NCBI RefSeq assembly: GCF_009914755.1 | Contig: NC_060925.1 | Origin: the human T2T-CHM13v2.0 reference genome, Homo sapiens | Direction: 5' to 3' (one strand) | Length of the DNA stretch: 64,000 bases | Part shown: positions 13,240 to 25,429 of the stretch, piece by piece | Layout: each line of letters opens with the position of its first letter | Numbering within the stretch: the first letter of the stretch is position 1 | Notes under the pieces: generated by a model | Seen by the model: only the letters and a program-made list of their open reading frames with translations | What the model was told of the DNA's origin: nothing | Database searches by the model: none | Program-made: the position numbers and the translations under genes

Positions 13240-13862
13240 TGAATGCCATGGGAAACCAATGGAGAGTTTTGAGCAGAGAAATAACATGATCTGGCTTAGC
13301 TTTTAAAGAATATCTCTTCACACTATGTGGAGAAATTTATATTGGGAGGAGGCAGGAGTAGTACATGGGGCCAGTTAAGAGTCTATTGTAATAATCTAGA
13401 TGAGAGATGATGGAAGCTTAGGCCAGAATGACATATGAAAGATCACAAGAATAGGTCAGACTGAGGATATATCCTGAGATGAGAGTTTATAGAATCTACT
13501 GATAACATAATTATGAGTATATGAAAAATAGAGGAGTAAAGAGTAATTATAATGTGTTAGATGAGCTGAATTGTCATTTTCTGAAAAAGGGTGAAGCAAG
13601 TTTAACAGTAGCGATGTTGGTGGAGAATTAGGAGTTCACTTTTGGTACCGTTAGGTTTGAGATATCTCTTAGACAACCAAGTAAAGATATTAAACAGGGA
13701 GCTGGATGCCTGCAATTGACAGGAGAGGGTGAGGCTGGAAATATAAACCAGAGGACACTGAATATAGCTGGTATATAAAGCCCTGGGTTAGATGAAGTCA
13801 ACTAGAGAGTGAATGTAGATAAAGAACAGAGTTCAGAGGGCTGAGCCCTGGGCTACTCCAAC
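13240..13862 (-). mobile_element. L2 fragment
   Basis: gggaaaccaatggagagttttgagcagagaaataacatgatc...gggctgagccctgggctactcca is typical antisense L2a body. Confidence 0.75.
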
Positions 13863-13919
13863 TCCACGACACAAATACAAGACATTTGTCACATTTGGGA
13901 AAAGAAACACAGAGCATAA

Positions 13920-14459
<540 letters not shown>

Positions 14460-14829
14460 TAAATTGTGAAACCATTGGTAAGCTCTCTTGTCCTTAGTGT
14501 GTGGCAGGGTTAATTTATTTTGGAAGGCTTGTAATGTTTAAGATCTGATGCTACCTTCACATTTATCATAGATCCCACTTGTCCTGTCATTAGTTGGTCC
14601 AGGAGCAAGATGGTGGCAGAGAGAAATAGTGGTTAAGCTTGATTCTGTCTTATGGTAACATAAGCTCAGCCCAGACTTTTCATGTTAACTAAACTTTTCA
14701 TTAGAGCACTCCTCTCCTTCCTCAACTTTATCTCTTTCCAAAGGCCTTCCTGGCATTCTCTACTTATATCCTTTCATGGAGACATTAATGAAAGACTTGG
14801 TATGTCCTGGGTACCATAAAATATTTAAA

Positions 14830-15008
14830 GTTTTTTATGGGATTGTCAAGCAATCCCATGATGTAGATATTTCTTCTTCCTACCATTTCCAGTTTACAGA
14901 TGAGGAAACTGAAAGTCACGTAGATTACACAGCTGGTAATGGCAGAACTGAGACCCAAACACAGGTCTTTGACTCCAAAGCTGGTGTTCTTTCCACTTTA
15001 TGACACTG
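14830..15008 (-). mobile_element. MIR
   Basis: MIR core tttacagatgaggaaactga...cacagctggtaatggcagaactgag. Confidence 0.75.
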
Positions 15009-17254
15009 TTTTTGCCTAATGCAACATGAAATGTGCTATGAACAAACATGTAACAAAACTGCTGGGTGGTTGTTGGTGAGGACTAAGTAGGTTTTATGAG
15101 AAAAAATGCAGGTGGGGCCAATTAAGAAAACAAAAAGCAGCTGAATTTCTTTAGTAGCAACACCTTTGCCAAAAGGTAGGCGTCAGCAGAGGAAGATGAA
15201 CGTTATCTGTGACTGTCTTCACACACCAGCTAGTTTGGTTGAATTCACTTTGGCCAAGCAGAAAAGGTAAGTGACATAAATTTTCACCCATATCACTAAA
15301 CCGAACACATTTGACTGAATTTGTTACTTTCTGGATGGTTGTTTATAATGAAGTCCTGGCCTTTCTAAGTATTGGTGGTGGGTGGTTGAAAGGCACAAGT
15401 TCTTTAGATTAAGGAAATCCAAGCTCTTCAGGCAAAACTACTCCTCAAACAAATCATTTTACTTTTACAATGTATATCCAACCTTCTCTGTTTTTCTCCC
15501 CTGAAATATGACCTTGGCCTCCATCTCTGAACCAGCCAGCCTTTGAGCAGATGTAGTTTTATGGTTTAGGCTGAGAACTCCAGACACAAAAGCTTACACG
15601 AGTTTTAAGAATGAGCTGAGATAACCACTAAAGAAAGCTCTTGCTCGAGGAGCCACAAAGCCAGGAACAAATCTCCAGGCCATGTAATCACAAGGGGTTT
15701 ATGCAAACCTCTTAAAAGAGGTTTACACAAATATACATCCAATTTCCTCTTTGGAAAGGCTGTTCCTTTCCAATGAGTCAGTGTTTAACAGAGCTTGGCA
15801 AAGCATGAGCCTGTCGGCTGGAAGAAGATGGGGTTTTAAAACTCGACCTATTCTTTGAAGGAGAAAATAACCCTTAAGCTGCATTAACATGGCCTACCAC
15901 AAGCAGCAGGGACAGGGATTCTGTTATCAAGGCGTGCTGTGGGCTGTGTTTCCTTTCCAGACTGCTGGGGCCTCTGCTTGCCTGCACCTGCCTTGTTATC
16001 TGCCTTCTGCAGACCAGACTTGCCTTTGTGTGTGTCGTCTTTCTGAGCATATATCCCTGAGCAAGGCTGGGCTTTCTAGGCTCTAATTTTGAATGAGATG
16101 GAAAACACACTCAGCAAAGCCTCTGCCTCCTGTGTCTCAGTTATGGGAGCGCAGCTCATTTCATGTCCCTATCTCATGAGAAGAAATAGGCTGCACTGGG
16201 TATGGACGTGGGAGGATTACACTGTAACATGCTATTTGTAAGTACTGAAATACTGGCCTTTTAAATAAAATTGTTTTATTTATATTTCCTTAAATCTGAA
16301 ATCAGAATCATTTGTGTTTTAAGATCAAGATCAAAGACTCAACTTTTTCACTATATATAAACAGACAAACAGCTGCACGGTCTACCAACCTGGCCAGGTG
16401 TGTGAGTCTCACATTTTTCCAGTAAGTCCCCAGCTTTGTGATATCACAAAGCTTCTATTGCAAGAATTCTCTGTTCTTCCAGACAAGAGGAAGGTAAACT
16501 GAAAGTGACGCAGGTAATTGTGCACGGGGATCTCCAGCTGTGGATGATACCATTAAAGGAGACAGAGATAAATCTGAATTGGCTTATTTGAAACCATTCT
16601 ATAGCTCTCATGAAAAGGTTGGTACTGCCTGACTCTTTCCTTTCCCAGAAAAGTTTCTTTAAAACAGATCTTCAAAGCACCCAAACAAGAGATGAGATTA
16701 TTTGATTGGAGTCAGATGAAAATATTTGGACTTATTTTATGGCACTGACTTTCCCACATTATTCCCTTTTCCTCTCTCTAGTCGCTCTCCTCAAACCCTT
16801 GCTTTTTCTGTCTTGCCTCCCCAACAGCCCACCATTCCCCTCTTGGTCCCAATCTTCCCACACACCTAAGTACCTGGACCCTCATGGCTGAGGCCTGCTG
16901 TCAGGACGCTTGGAGGGCCTGGAGTCCCACCGAGAAGAGATGAGGCGGTGGGCACACAGCCTGAACAGGGCAGCTAATTGCTGGCTCATACTCCAGAAGA
17001 TTTCTCCCTCCAGGGAGTTCCTTGCAGAGTATGGGGCATCCCAGTTCCGTTAATCACCATTGGCTGCAGAGCATGAGAAGTTTGTGTGGCTCCACGGACA
17101 GTGACACCAGAGGATGGAGCTGTGGGAGGGGTGGACATGTGTAAAAGGCCCGAGGGGGGACCAACCAGCACATGCAGGTCACTGAGACAGCAATTCTGTG
17201 CCAGCTTTGTGATGAGCATGTGCCTCTCCGAGCTGCTCCAACCAAGGTTCATGA

Positions 17255-18682
17255 TGTGTCTCGAATTGGTGGGTTCTTGGTCTCATTGACTTCAAGAATG
17301 AAGCCGCGGACCCTCGCGGTGAGTGTTATAGCTCTTAAGGTGGCGCACCTGGAGTTTGTTCCTTCTGATGTTCGGATATGTTCGGGGTTTCTTCCTTCTG
17401 GTGGGTTATGTGGTCTCGCTGGCTCAGGAGTGAAGCTGCAGACTTTCGCCGTGAGTGTTAACAGCTCTTAAGGCAGTGCGTCTGGAGTTGTTCGTTCCTC
17501 CTGGTGGGCTCGTGGTCTTGCTGGCTTCAGGAGTGAAGCTGCAGACCTTCGCGGTGTTACAGCTCATAAAGGCAGTGTGGACCCAAAGAGTTAGCAGCAG
17601 GAAGATTTATTGCAAACAGAGAAAGAACAAAACTTCCACAGTATGAAAGGGGATCCGAGCGGGTTGCCACTGCTGGCCTGGGCAGCCTGCTTTTATTCTC
17701 TTATCTGGCCCCCACCCACATCCTGCTAATTGGTAGAGCGGAGTGGTCTGTTTTGACAGGGCGCTGATTGGTGCGTTTACAATCCCTGAGCTAGACACAA
17801 AGGTTCTCCACCTCCCCACCAGATTAGCTAGATACAGAGTGTGGACACAAAGGTTCTCCAAGGCCCTACCAGAGTAGCTAGATACAGAGTGTGGATTGGT
17901 GCATTCACAAACCCTGAGCTAGACACAGGGTGCTGATTGGTGTGTTTACAAACCTTGAGCTAGATACAGAGTGCGGATTGGTGTATTTACAATCCCTGAG
18001 CTAGACATAAAGGTTCTTCACCTCCCCACCAGACTCAGGAGCCCAGCTGGCTTCACCCAGTGGATCCGCACCGGGGCTGCAGGTGGAGCTGCCTGCCAGT
18101 TCCGTGCCGTGCGCCCAGCACTCCTCAGCCCTTGGGTGGTCGATGGGACTGGGCGCCGTGGAGCAGGGGGCGGCGCTTATCGGGGAGGCTCGGGCCGCAC
18201 AGGAGCCCACGGAACAGGGGGAGGCTCAGGCATGGCGGGCTGCAGGTCCCGAGCCGTGCCTCGCAGGAAGGCAGCTAAGACCCGGTGAGAAATCGAGCGC
18301 AACGCCGGTGGGCTGGCACTGCTGGGGGACCCAGTACACCCTCCGCAGCCGCTGGCCCGGGTGCTAAGCCCCTCACTGCCCGGGGCGGGCAGGGCCGGCC
18401 GGCTGCTCCAAGTGCGGGGCCCACCAAGCCCACGCCCACCCGGAACTCCAGCTGGCCCGCAAGCGCCGCGCGCAGGCCCGGTTCCGGCTCGCGCCTCTCT
18501 CTCCACACCTCCCTGCAAGCTGAGGGAGTTGGCTCTGGCCTTGGCCAGCCCAGAAAGGGGATCCCACAGTGCAGTGGTGGGCTGAAGGGCTCCTCAAGTG
18601 CCGCCAAAGTGGGAGCCCAGGCAGAGGAGGCGCCAAGAGTGAACGAGGGCTGTGAGGACTGCCAGCACGCTGTCACCTCTCA
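17255..18682 (-). mobile_element. Solo LTR12C (HERV9 LTR), 1428 bp, complete
   Basis: Minus strand starts tgagaggtgacagcgtgctggcagtcctcacagccc and ends ...aagaacccaccaattcgagacaca. 4-bp TSD atga at 17251-17254 and 18683-18686. Internal tandem CCAAT-containing units; CpG-rich U3. Confidence 0.97.
17660..17985 (-). promoter_or_regulatory. LTR12C promoter/enhancer core: five CCAAT (NF-Y) boxes and the AATAAA-type TATA element
   Basis: attgg at 17729, 17767, 17895, 17936 and 17977; gagaataaaagcagg on the minus strand at ~17686-17700. This matches the established ERV9 LTR architecture. Confidence 0.75.
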
Positions 18683-18965
18683 ATGATACGCTTATGAAAT
18701 TTTGAAACCATTGAAGAATTTTAATCTGGGAAAGCTGTTATTATATAACCCTGCATATGAGGGATAAGACAGTGTAATTTCTGAGTCTGATTCCTGCATG
18801 TAAACTCCTTTGATTGTAAAGATACTAAATGAAGGCAATAAAAAAAAAACCTCCATGTTTTTCTTCATTTTTGGCTTGTTGAAGACCGCCCTGTTACCAT
18901 GAAGGAAGAAAACCATGGCGTCAATGCTACATCAGATATTTGATGATAGTTCTAGTTCTATGTTT

Positions 18966-19245
18966 TCCTAGCACTTTGGGAGGCCGAGGCGAGTGATCAC
19001 TTGAAGTCAGGAGTTCAAGACCAGCCTGGCCAACATGGCGAAACCCCGTCTCTACTAAAAAATACAAAAATTAGCTGGGCCTGGTGGCAGGCACCTGTAA
19101 TCCCAGCTACTTGGGAGGCTGAGGCAGGAGAATCATTTGAACCTGGGAGGTGGAGGTTGCACTCCAGCCTGGGAGACAGAGCAAGTCTCTGTCTAAAACA
19201 AACAAACAAACAAACAAACAAACAAAAACAAAACAAAACAAAAAA
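18966..19245 (+). mobile_element. AluS, 5'-truncated, with 24-bp right-arm deletion and (AAAC)n tail
   Basis: gaggttgcactccagcc is present where consensus reads gaggttgcagtgagccgagatcgcgccactgcactccagcc. Confidence 0.92.
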
Positions 19246-20010
19246 CAGTGCAGTAGACCTGTGGCCCAGTCTGGCAGCAGTCTGCTAGATGGCTGAAATT
19301 GATTTGGTGACCATCTGATGTTAGAGCTCATTGAATATTCACTGAATATTACAACTGAATGGAGGACCTCTGACACTACCTTGCCCAGGAGGTGAAACGA
19401 CTTGCCCAATGACCCCCAGAAAGTTATTGGTAGAGAAAGAAGCCACTCATTTGCATAAGGCAGGAGGATGGGGCCAGTGGTGGGTATTTCAGTAACCCCG
19501 AGCGCCAACTCAAGTTGCTATCTAACCTCATGTTGTTCCCAGTAATCCCCCACTACTGCCTCGGGTGTTCTCTTCCTGCTCATCATACCCCTTCCTGCCA
19601 TCCCCCCCAAGAGCCTATGGGGCAGCTGTGCCAAACGGGATCACTCTACTTTTGATGCTTGGGCCCCGATATGTTCAAATATGCCTTCTCCTTATATTCT
19701 TAGCATAGGTGAAGGAACGCTGGTGGGGAGGTGGATAATGAGGTTTAATTAAAAGCATGGGAGGTGAGGACACCCTTGCCTCTTTCCTGACTGACTTTAG
19801 AAATAGCAGTCCTCTGGGAAGTCACCCATCTCACACTAACCTGGCGAGACTGACATTCAATCCAGACACAAACTAACGGCAGCTACGGGGGTGGATTGGG
19901 CGGGCATTTTTAATAATTATGATTTTCACGCAGATAATCAGCCACTTTCTCTCTTCCTCCCTCTTCCCACGCTGATCCTGAGCTCCTTGACCGCAGATTT
20001 CCTTCGCCTT

Positions 20011-20024
20011 CCACTAGAGGGCGC
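20011..20024 (+). promoter_or_regulatory. CTCF core motif in a CpG-enriched segment
   Basis: CCACTAGAGGGCGC matches the CTCF consensus CCASYAGRKGGCRS at every position. Confidence 0.7.
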
Positions 20025-20574
20025 TGGAGCCCATGTTACCGCGCTCTCGGCTGGGAGGCGGCGTCCAGGGACAGAAGGAAAAACGATGGGGTGTGTGCCG
20101 GATGAAGGCACCAGCCCTGACAGCTCCAGGCCCAGGTCCTCCGTGTGCGCCCCGAAATGCAGTGACTCCTAGGGCTGGAAGGAAAGACATAAAGCCCACC
20201 TGGGCATCATCTCTGAGAGAGACACTGGCCAGCGTGGAGGGTGCCCTGCGGGGAGTGGCTGTGTGAGAACCAGGCTGCATGAGCCCTGCTCAGGGACTCA
20301 GGACCCTTTTCCTGGGGAAAAGAGGATTCGAGGGCTATGGGAGCCCGCCCTGCTTTTCTGAAGGGCTTTGGTTTGGAAGAGGAAACAGGCTTATTTTATT
20401 ATATGTGGCTCTAGCAGCAGAACTAGACTTATATATAATATTTATATATATATTCGATTCGATAATTTGAATAAAGATCTCAGCATTGTGCCTAGCATTT
20501 TTTTGAGAGCTCAATTTAAAAAATATCATACTAGCTAACCTTGAACTCTGCTTCTGTGAAAGGTGCTGTGCCAT

Positions 20575-20770
20575 CTCCCATTCATTATCTCTAAGCCCCC
20601 GAACAGTCCTGAGGTAAGTGTTCCTCCTCTTATTTCACAAATGAGGCAAGTAGGGTTGAGAGAGGGTGAGAGTTTTGCCCAAGGTCTTAAGGCTGTGCAG
20701 TTGCGCGGCTGAAATCCTAAGCCAGGTCTGTTTGCCTTCAGAGCTGCACCTCTGCCAGGACACCATGCTG
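20575..20770 (-). mobile_element. MIR
   Basis: tttcacaaatgagg...ttgcccaaggtc MIR core. Confidence 0.6.
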
Positions 20771-22129
20771 CCTGCCTGTGTCAATGCGGGGTCTTCACCC
20801 AGAGGCCCCCTGGGTCTGGTGAGCTGTTGGCGGGTTTATCTATCACACACAATGACGCAGGGGCACATATGTTGTTCTGGCAAAGGCACGGCACATTTTC
20901 CAATGTCGGTGGAAGCAGTGGATGAATAATACAGGGAAAGGGATCAACAGAAGGGGCAAGAGGAGGCCAGAGCGGCATCAATTCCCCTGCCCCCAACAGG
21001 GGCAGCAGAAGGTGCAGCTGGCGGGGGCCCTGGAGTGGAGCTGCCAGCCCAATCATCTTGCCGCTGGATTTTGCACAGCTTTCCTTCTCCATTCTTTCTC
21101 GTTTTTGACACTTGTGATTATTACCAATCCTGGTGGCGCTGACGCACGGGAGTGCAATGGTTACCATGGCATGCTTAATAGCGAGAGCAGATGTTTGGCA
21201 GGCTAACTCCATGCATTCTAAATACACAAGGCGAAAGTCGGTGGAGGGCGTAATTGATTTGCTGACTGCAGTGGGAAGCCAGCCCATGCTTGCACTGGGC
21301 CAGGGCGCCTTACCACATACTCTCTTTAACATGGCACACAGTCTCATCATGAGCTGACCCCGTGTAGGCCCCTGGCCTCACATGTTATCAGTTCCCACCT
21401 GCTCTCTCCTCTTCCACTGTGCTTAACACCTGCAGCCCTCACAAACAAGGGATGTATGGTCTGACTCCAGTCTGAGCCTTCCCACAAGCTGTTCCCTCTA
21501 CTTAGTACCCCGTGTCCTTCATTGTGTGGACAACACCCACATGTCCCTCAGTTCTCGGCTTGGACATCACTCTGTAACATGTCTCTGTTAACTCTGAGTT
21601 AGAAGGACCACTCTGTGCCTAACCTTTCATAGAACTTACTGCTGTGCTGTAATTGCTTGTTTAGTTGTTTATCTTCCCAACAGAGTGCAAGTTTCTTGAG
21701 TTCAGGAACCATGATATTTACAAGGATAATCTTGACTTTAATTTACATGGAAAATTACATAAAATCAGACTTCCATTCTTTACCCTTAGTGTCACATTTC
21801 TTGCAAAACACTTCATAGCTGGTCTTCCCTCCAAACAGGATTATTATGATCTGTATACAAAGTACACTTTTCTACCCCTGAGCCTCTGTTTGTGGCATTG
21901 CCCCATCTAGAAACCTGCTCTTCTTCCCTCATTCAGGTCTACCTTTTCAAATCCGGTTCATCTATCAAGATACCTGTCAACTGCCAAATAATCGTATTTG
22001 ATATACCCTTCCCCAAGCATATGAGGTCACTTCTCAACCATAAACTGCCTCCTTAACACCCCCACTCCCACTGCACACTTGCCCCCACAGCATGCTATTT
22101 GCATCTCTTTCAGGACCCCTGACTTTGCA

Positions 22130-22330
22130 AGATGCAGCCACTTCCTGGTTATGTGTAACTTTGTCCAAGTTAAATGACCCCTCTCAGCTTCAGTTCTTCC
22201 TTTAGTGAAATGGGGATAATCACACCTCCTCCATGGGGTGACTATGTGGATTAACTGAGCTACTGAAGAAAAAACATGTAGCTCAGTGCATGGAACACAG
22301 TAAGAACCTATTAAATAGTTGCTATGATTA
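22130..22330 (+). mobile_element. MIR
   Basis: tgtgtaactttgtccaagtt...cttcagttcttcctttagtgaaatggggataat. Confidence 0.7.
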
Positions 22331-22771
22331 AGTCACTATTTATATATTTGCCCAGTGTTGCCCATGAGATGTCCCTCCTTGGGTTGGATGCCATAATACC
22401 TCTATATCCAGCAGCATGACCCAAGTGCCTGGCTCCTATTGTATCCAACTGAGCAGGTGGAGGAAACTTACTTCACCCTGTTGTGCTCATTTCCTTGTCT
22501 GTAAATTGGGGATACTAGATAACTGGGAGCATTAAGTATTGAAGTACCTTTTAAATGATAACGCTCCAAAACAAGTTGAGCTGACTTAAAAGGACTAGTT
22601 TAAGAGGAAACACACAGCGAAGAAGTATATCCAATTTCCACTTCACTTTAAAGATTCTGGAGCTGAGGCTAGTTGGCCAGTGATTATTGCCTCGGAAACA
22701 AAAGTGAATTTGTATACACCTTACCCAAGAGTTCCAAACCAAGAAAAGAAAGGGGCAGAGAAGGGAGAAAA

Positions 22772-22820
22772 GTGTGTGTGCATGTGTGTGTGTGAGTGTC
22801 TCTCTCTCTCTCTCTCTCTG
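22772..22820. repeat. Compound (TG)n(TC)n microsatellite
   Basis: Directly visible. Confidence 0.9.
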
Positions 22821-23213
22821 TATGTAATTTTGGGGTGGGAAGGGAAAAAAAGACATTTTGACTTTGACATTATTTTCCAAGAGTCACAACTAAGAGTAAA
22901 TAAACCATCAGTTTTGTCATTGTGACCAAGATATCAAGTTACTAAAGAGGAGTGAAAAAATGGACATCGAATGGTTTAATGTAAGGTATTGACAAGAGTG
23001 AACATTTGTGAAGGTCACAGAGCTGAAACCCACCTGGTTGGAGATGGTTAGATTGAGGAGTCCCTATCATTTTAGTTATACTTACGTATTTGTAGCCTTT
23101 CCTTGTGTCTTGATGAAAATCCCCAAATTTTTGAAAACTCTGTTTAAAAAGAAATAACTATGGCTTGTATTTCTCAAATTATGAAGTACATTTCTTTTCT
23201 TTTTTGCTTTTTG

Positions 23214-23511
23214 AGAGATTGGATTTCACTATGTTGCCAGGCTGCAGTGCAGTGGCTATCCACAGGCACAATCCCACTACTGATCAGCACTGGGGTTTTG
23301 GCCTGCTTTGTTTCCAAACTGCACCAGTTCACCCCTCCTTAGGCAATCTAGTAATCCCTGGTTTCTAGAAGGTCATCACATTGATGCTGAACTTAGTGGG
23401 GGCACCCTATGAGCATAGCTTACTGCAGCCTGAAACTCCCGGACTCAAGCAATCCTTCAGTCTCATCCTCCAGAATAGCTGGTACTACAGGCATGTGCCA
23501 CAATGCCTGGC
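23214..23511 (-). pseudogene. RN7SL475P: Full-length 7SL (SRP) RNA pseudogene, 298 nt, with A-rich tail at 23191-23212
   Basis: The minus strand contains the 7SL-specific S domain absent from Alu (cactaagttcagcatcaatgtgatgacc...ttgcctaaggaggggtgaac...gtgctgatcagtagtgggat). Helix 8 is mutated. The 7SL identity is read from the sequence; the symbol is recalled from the CYP2J2-C1orf87 locus and not verified. Confidence 0.88.
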
Positions 23512-23643
23512 TAATTTTTTTTGTTGTTGTTTTAGAAATGGGGATCTTGCAATGTGATCCAGGCTGGTCTCCAACTCCTGGCCTTAAGTGATCCTCCCAT
23601 CTCAGCCTCCCGAGTAGCTGGGACTACAGGCACATGCCACCAT
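23512..23643 (-). mobile_element. FLAM (FLAM_A-like) Alu monomer directly 5' of the 7SL copy
   Basis: ggtggcatgtgcctgtagtcccagctactcgggaggctgag...gagaccagcctgg on the minus strand, followed by an A-rich linker. Confidence 0.85.
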
Positions 23644-24062
23644 ATGTAAAAGTGAATTCCTTATATCACATTTTCAGCAGTTATAATTTGCACCTCTTTT
23701 GGGAATTTGCAGGGAAAAAATAACCCCTACCACCAACCTCACGCTCCCTTGATGCTCATGTCTGTGAACCTCAGATATTTTCTAGCTGGTGTGGGCTGGA
23801 GCCAGCTGCTTCCCACTCCCTCCCTTCAGTTACAGCTATGTGGAGCTGTGAATGAAGCCTCTTGGCGACTGCTCCTTCATACTTAAGGACTTCCCTGCAC
23901 CCAGCATGGGCAGCAGCTTCACACGGCTCTGTGGTGTGGAGAGCTGCATTCTACATACAGATTTGTCAGTAATTTGTGACACTGGGACATCTCATCTCAC
24001 TTCTGGTCCTTGGGCTTCTCATCTGGAGAGTGTCAGAGTTGGACTCCATTGTTTCCTGTCTA

Positions 24063-24395
24063 TTCATGTAATTTTTCGTCTTTAGTCTGCTGATATGGTG
24101 AATTACATTGATTGGCTTTAGGATGTTGAATCAACCTTGCATTTCCAGGAGAGGCCCCACTTGGTATTATGTATCTTACGAATTGTTGGATTTGATTTGC
24201 TGGTATTGTGTGAAGGATTTGGGGTCTATATTCACGAGGGCTGTTGGTGTGTAGATTTCTTCACATTGTCTTTGGTTTTGGTATCTGGATAAAACATGAT
24301 TTGGGCTGTGCTCCTTCTTCCTCTTCTATATTCTGGAAGGGTTTGTGTGGAATTGATGTTATTTCTTCCTTAAATATTGGTAGAATTTGCCAGTA
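24063..24395 (-). mobile_element. Old L1M ORF2 fragment
   Basis: gatgttgaatcaaccttgcatttccagg and tctggaagggtttgtgtggaattg are antisense L1 RT-region motifs. Confidence 0.75.
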
Positions 24396-24669
24396 CATTG
24401 CATCCCTTTGAAGGTTTTTCACGTTCTAGGCAGCCCTGGATGACCCAGAGTCCTTCTTGATGACTGCGGGTCTTTATTGGGTAAGGGTTGGAGGGGTGTC
24501 CCACCTCAGACCCTTTAGAAGCTCCCTGTGAATAGGGGAATAGAGGATCCCTTTTTCTCCAAACCACACATGAAACACTCCTCCTCTCTGATTATTTCTA
24601 GTGTTATCTCTCCAATCTGCAGGTCACCGTTTTCCCAGTGTGACTTTGAGTCCCTAGGAGACATTGAGG

Positions 24670-24885
24670 TATGGTGAACTTTGGAGTCAGCAAGAGCCAA
24701 ACCAAAATCCTTGGCCCTAGCATCTATCAGTTGTTTGGCTTTGGGCCACATTCTTGAACCTTTAAGAGCCTCAGTTCCTGCATTATTACTGGGCATGATG
24801 AATTTTAGCTCACAAGGCTGTCGTAAAGATGAAATGAGATAATACTCGTAAAACGTCTGGTGTGGTAGGTTTTGAATGAATGCTG
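24670..24885 (+). mobile_element. MIR
   Basis: actttggagtcag...gcctcagttcctgc...gtaaagatgaaatgagataat. Confidence 0.7.
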
Positions 24886-25429
24886 GCCTTCTTTCTGAGG
24901 AAATAGAGACAGTCCACTTTACTCAAGCTGTCGCGCTCATCTCAGTCAAAAGCCTGTTCGCCCACTTCTGAATCTGGGATAGAGTTTTCTGGAGGGAGTC
25001 ACATATGCAAAGACAGAATTTATTTATTTATTTATTTTTGCCATCTGTTCAAGAAGACGAATGAGTTTACCTTGAAAACAGCCACATTACAAAGTGATTG
25101 GTGGATGGGAATAATTTGTTATAACGCTCCAATTCCGCAGCTTCTTTGCAGGTGGAGAGGATGCCCTCCTCAGTTCCTGGGGCTCCAGAGCGTCGCTTCC
25201 TACTGGGAACTGGAGAACAGGCAGCTCTTCCCATTCTAACTAGAGCCTAGAAAGATGGTTCCTTTTGATTGCAAAAAAAAAAGTCATGAGTCAGCTGCTT
25301 AGGAAAATGCTTCGCTGATGATATTAGTACATAGAAGCAATTTCATCTGTCTGGGAAGCGCATTTTCAGGAGGCAAGATTGGCAGAGCAGAAAGGACGGG
25401 AGTAACGAAGCCGGCACAGGGGCTGAACG

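Noticed and set aside
17760-18020. Regularly spaced repeats resembling a CRISPR-like array
   Set aside because: These are the known tandem U3 enhancer units of LTR12; there are no unique spacers and the context is eukaryotic.
17172-18686. Dense cluster of overlapping 63-133 aa ORFs on both strands
   Set aside because: Almost all lie in the GC-rich LTR12C, where stop codons are scarce; no recognisable protein.
16866-18850. Possible processed pseudogene split by the LTR12C (AATAAA plus A-run at ~18837-18849)
   Set aside because: No TSD found and no recognisable parent peptide in the frames I translated; the A-run is short.
20781-21350. 189-aa minus-strand ORF, the longest in the window
   Set aside because: No recognisable homology or domain, composition is random-like, and the length is plausible by chance in GC-richer DNA. 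PhyloCSF or Ribo-seq would be needed.
23214-23511. Functional 7SL RNA gene
   Set aside because: Heavily diverged with CpG decay, SRP54-binding helix 8 altered (gcagtttggaaacaaagcag), and an A-rich retroposition tail.
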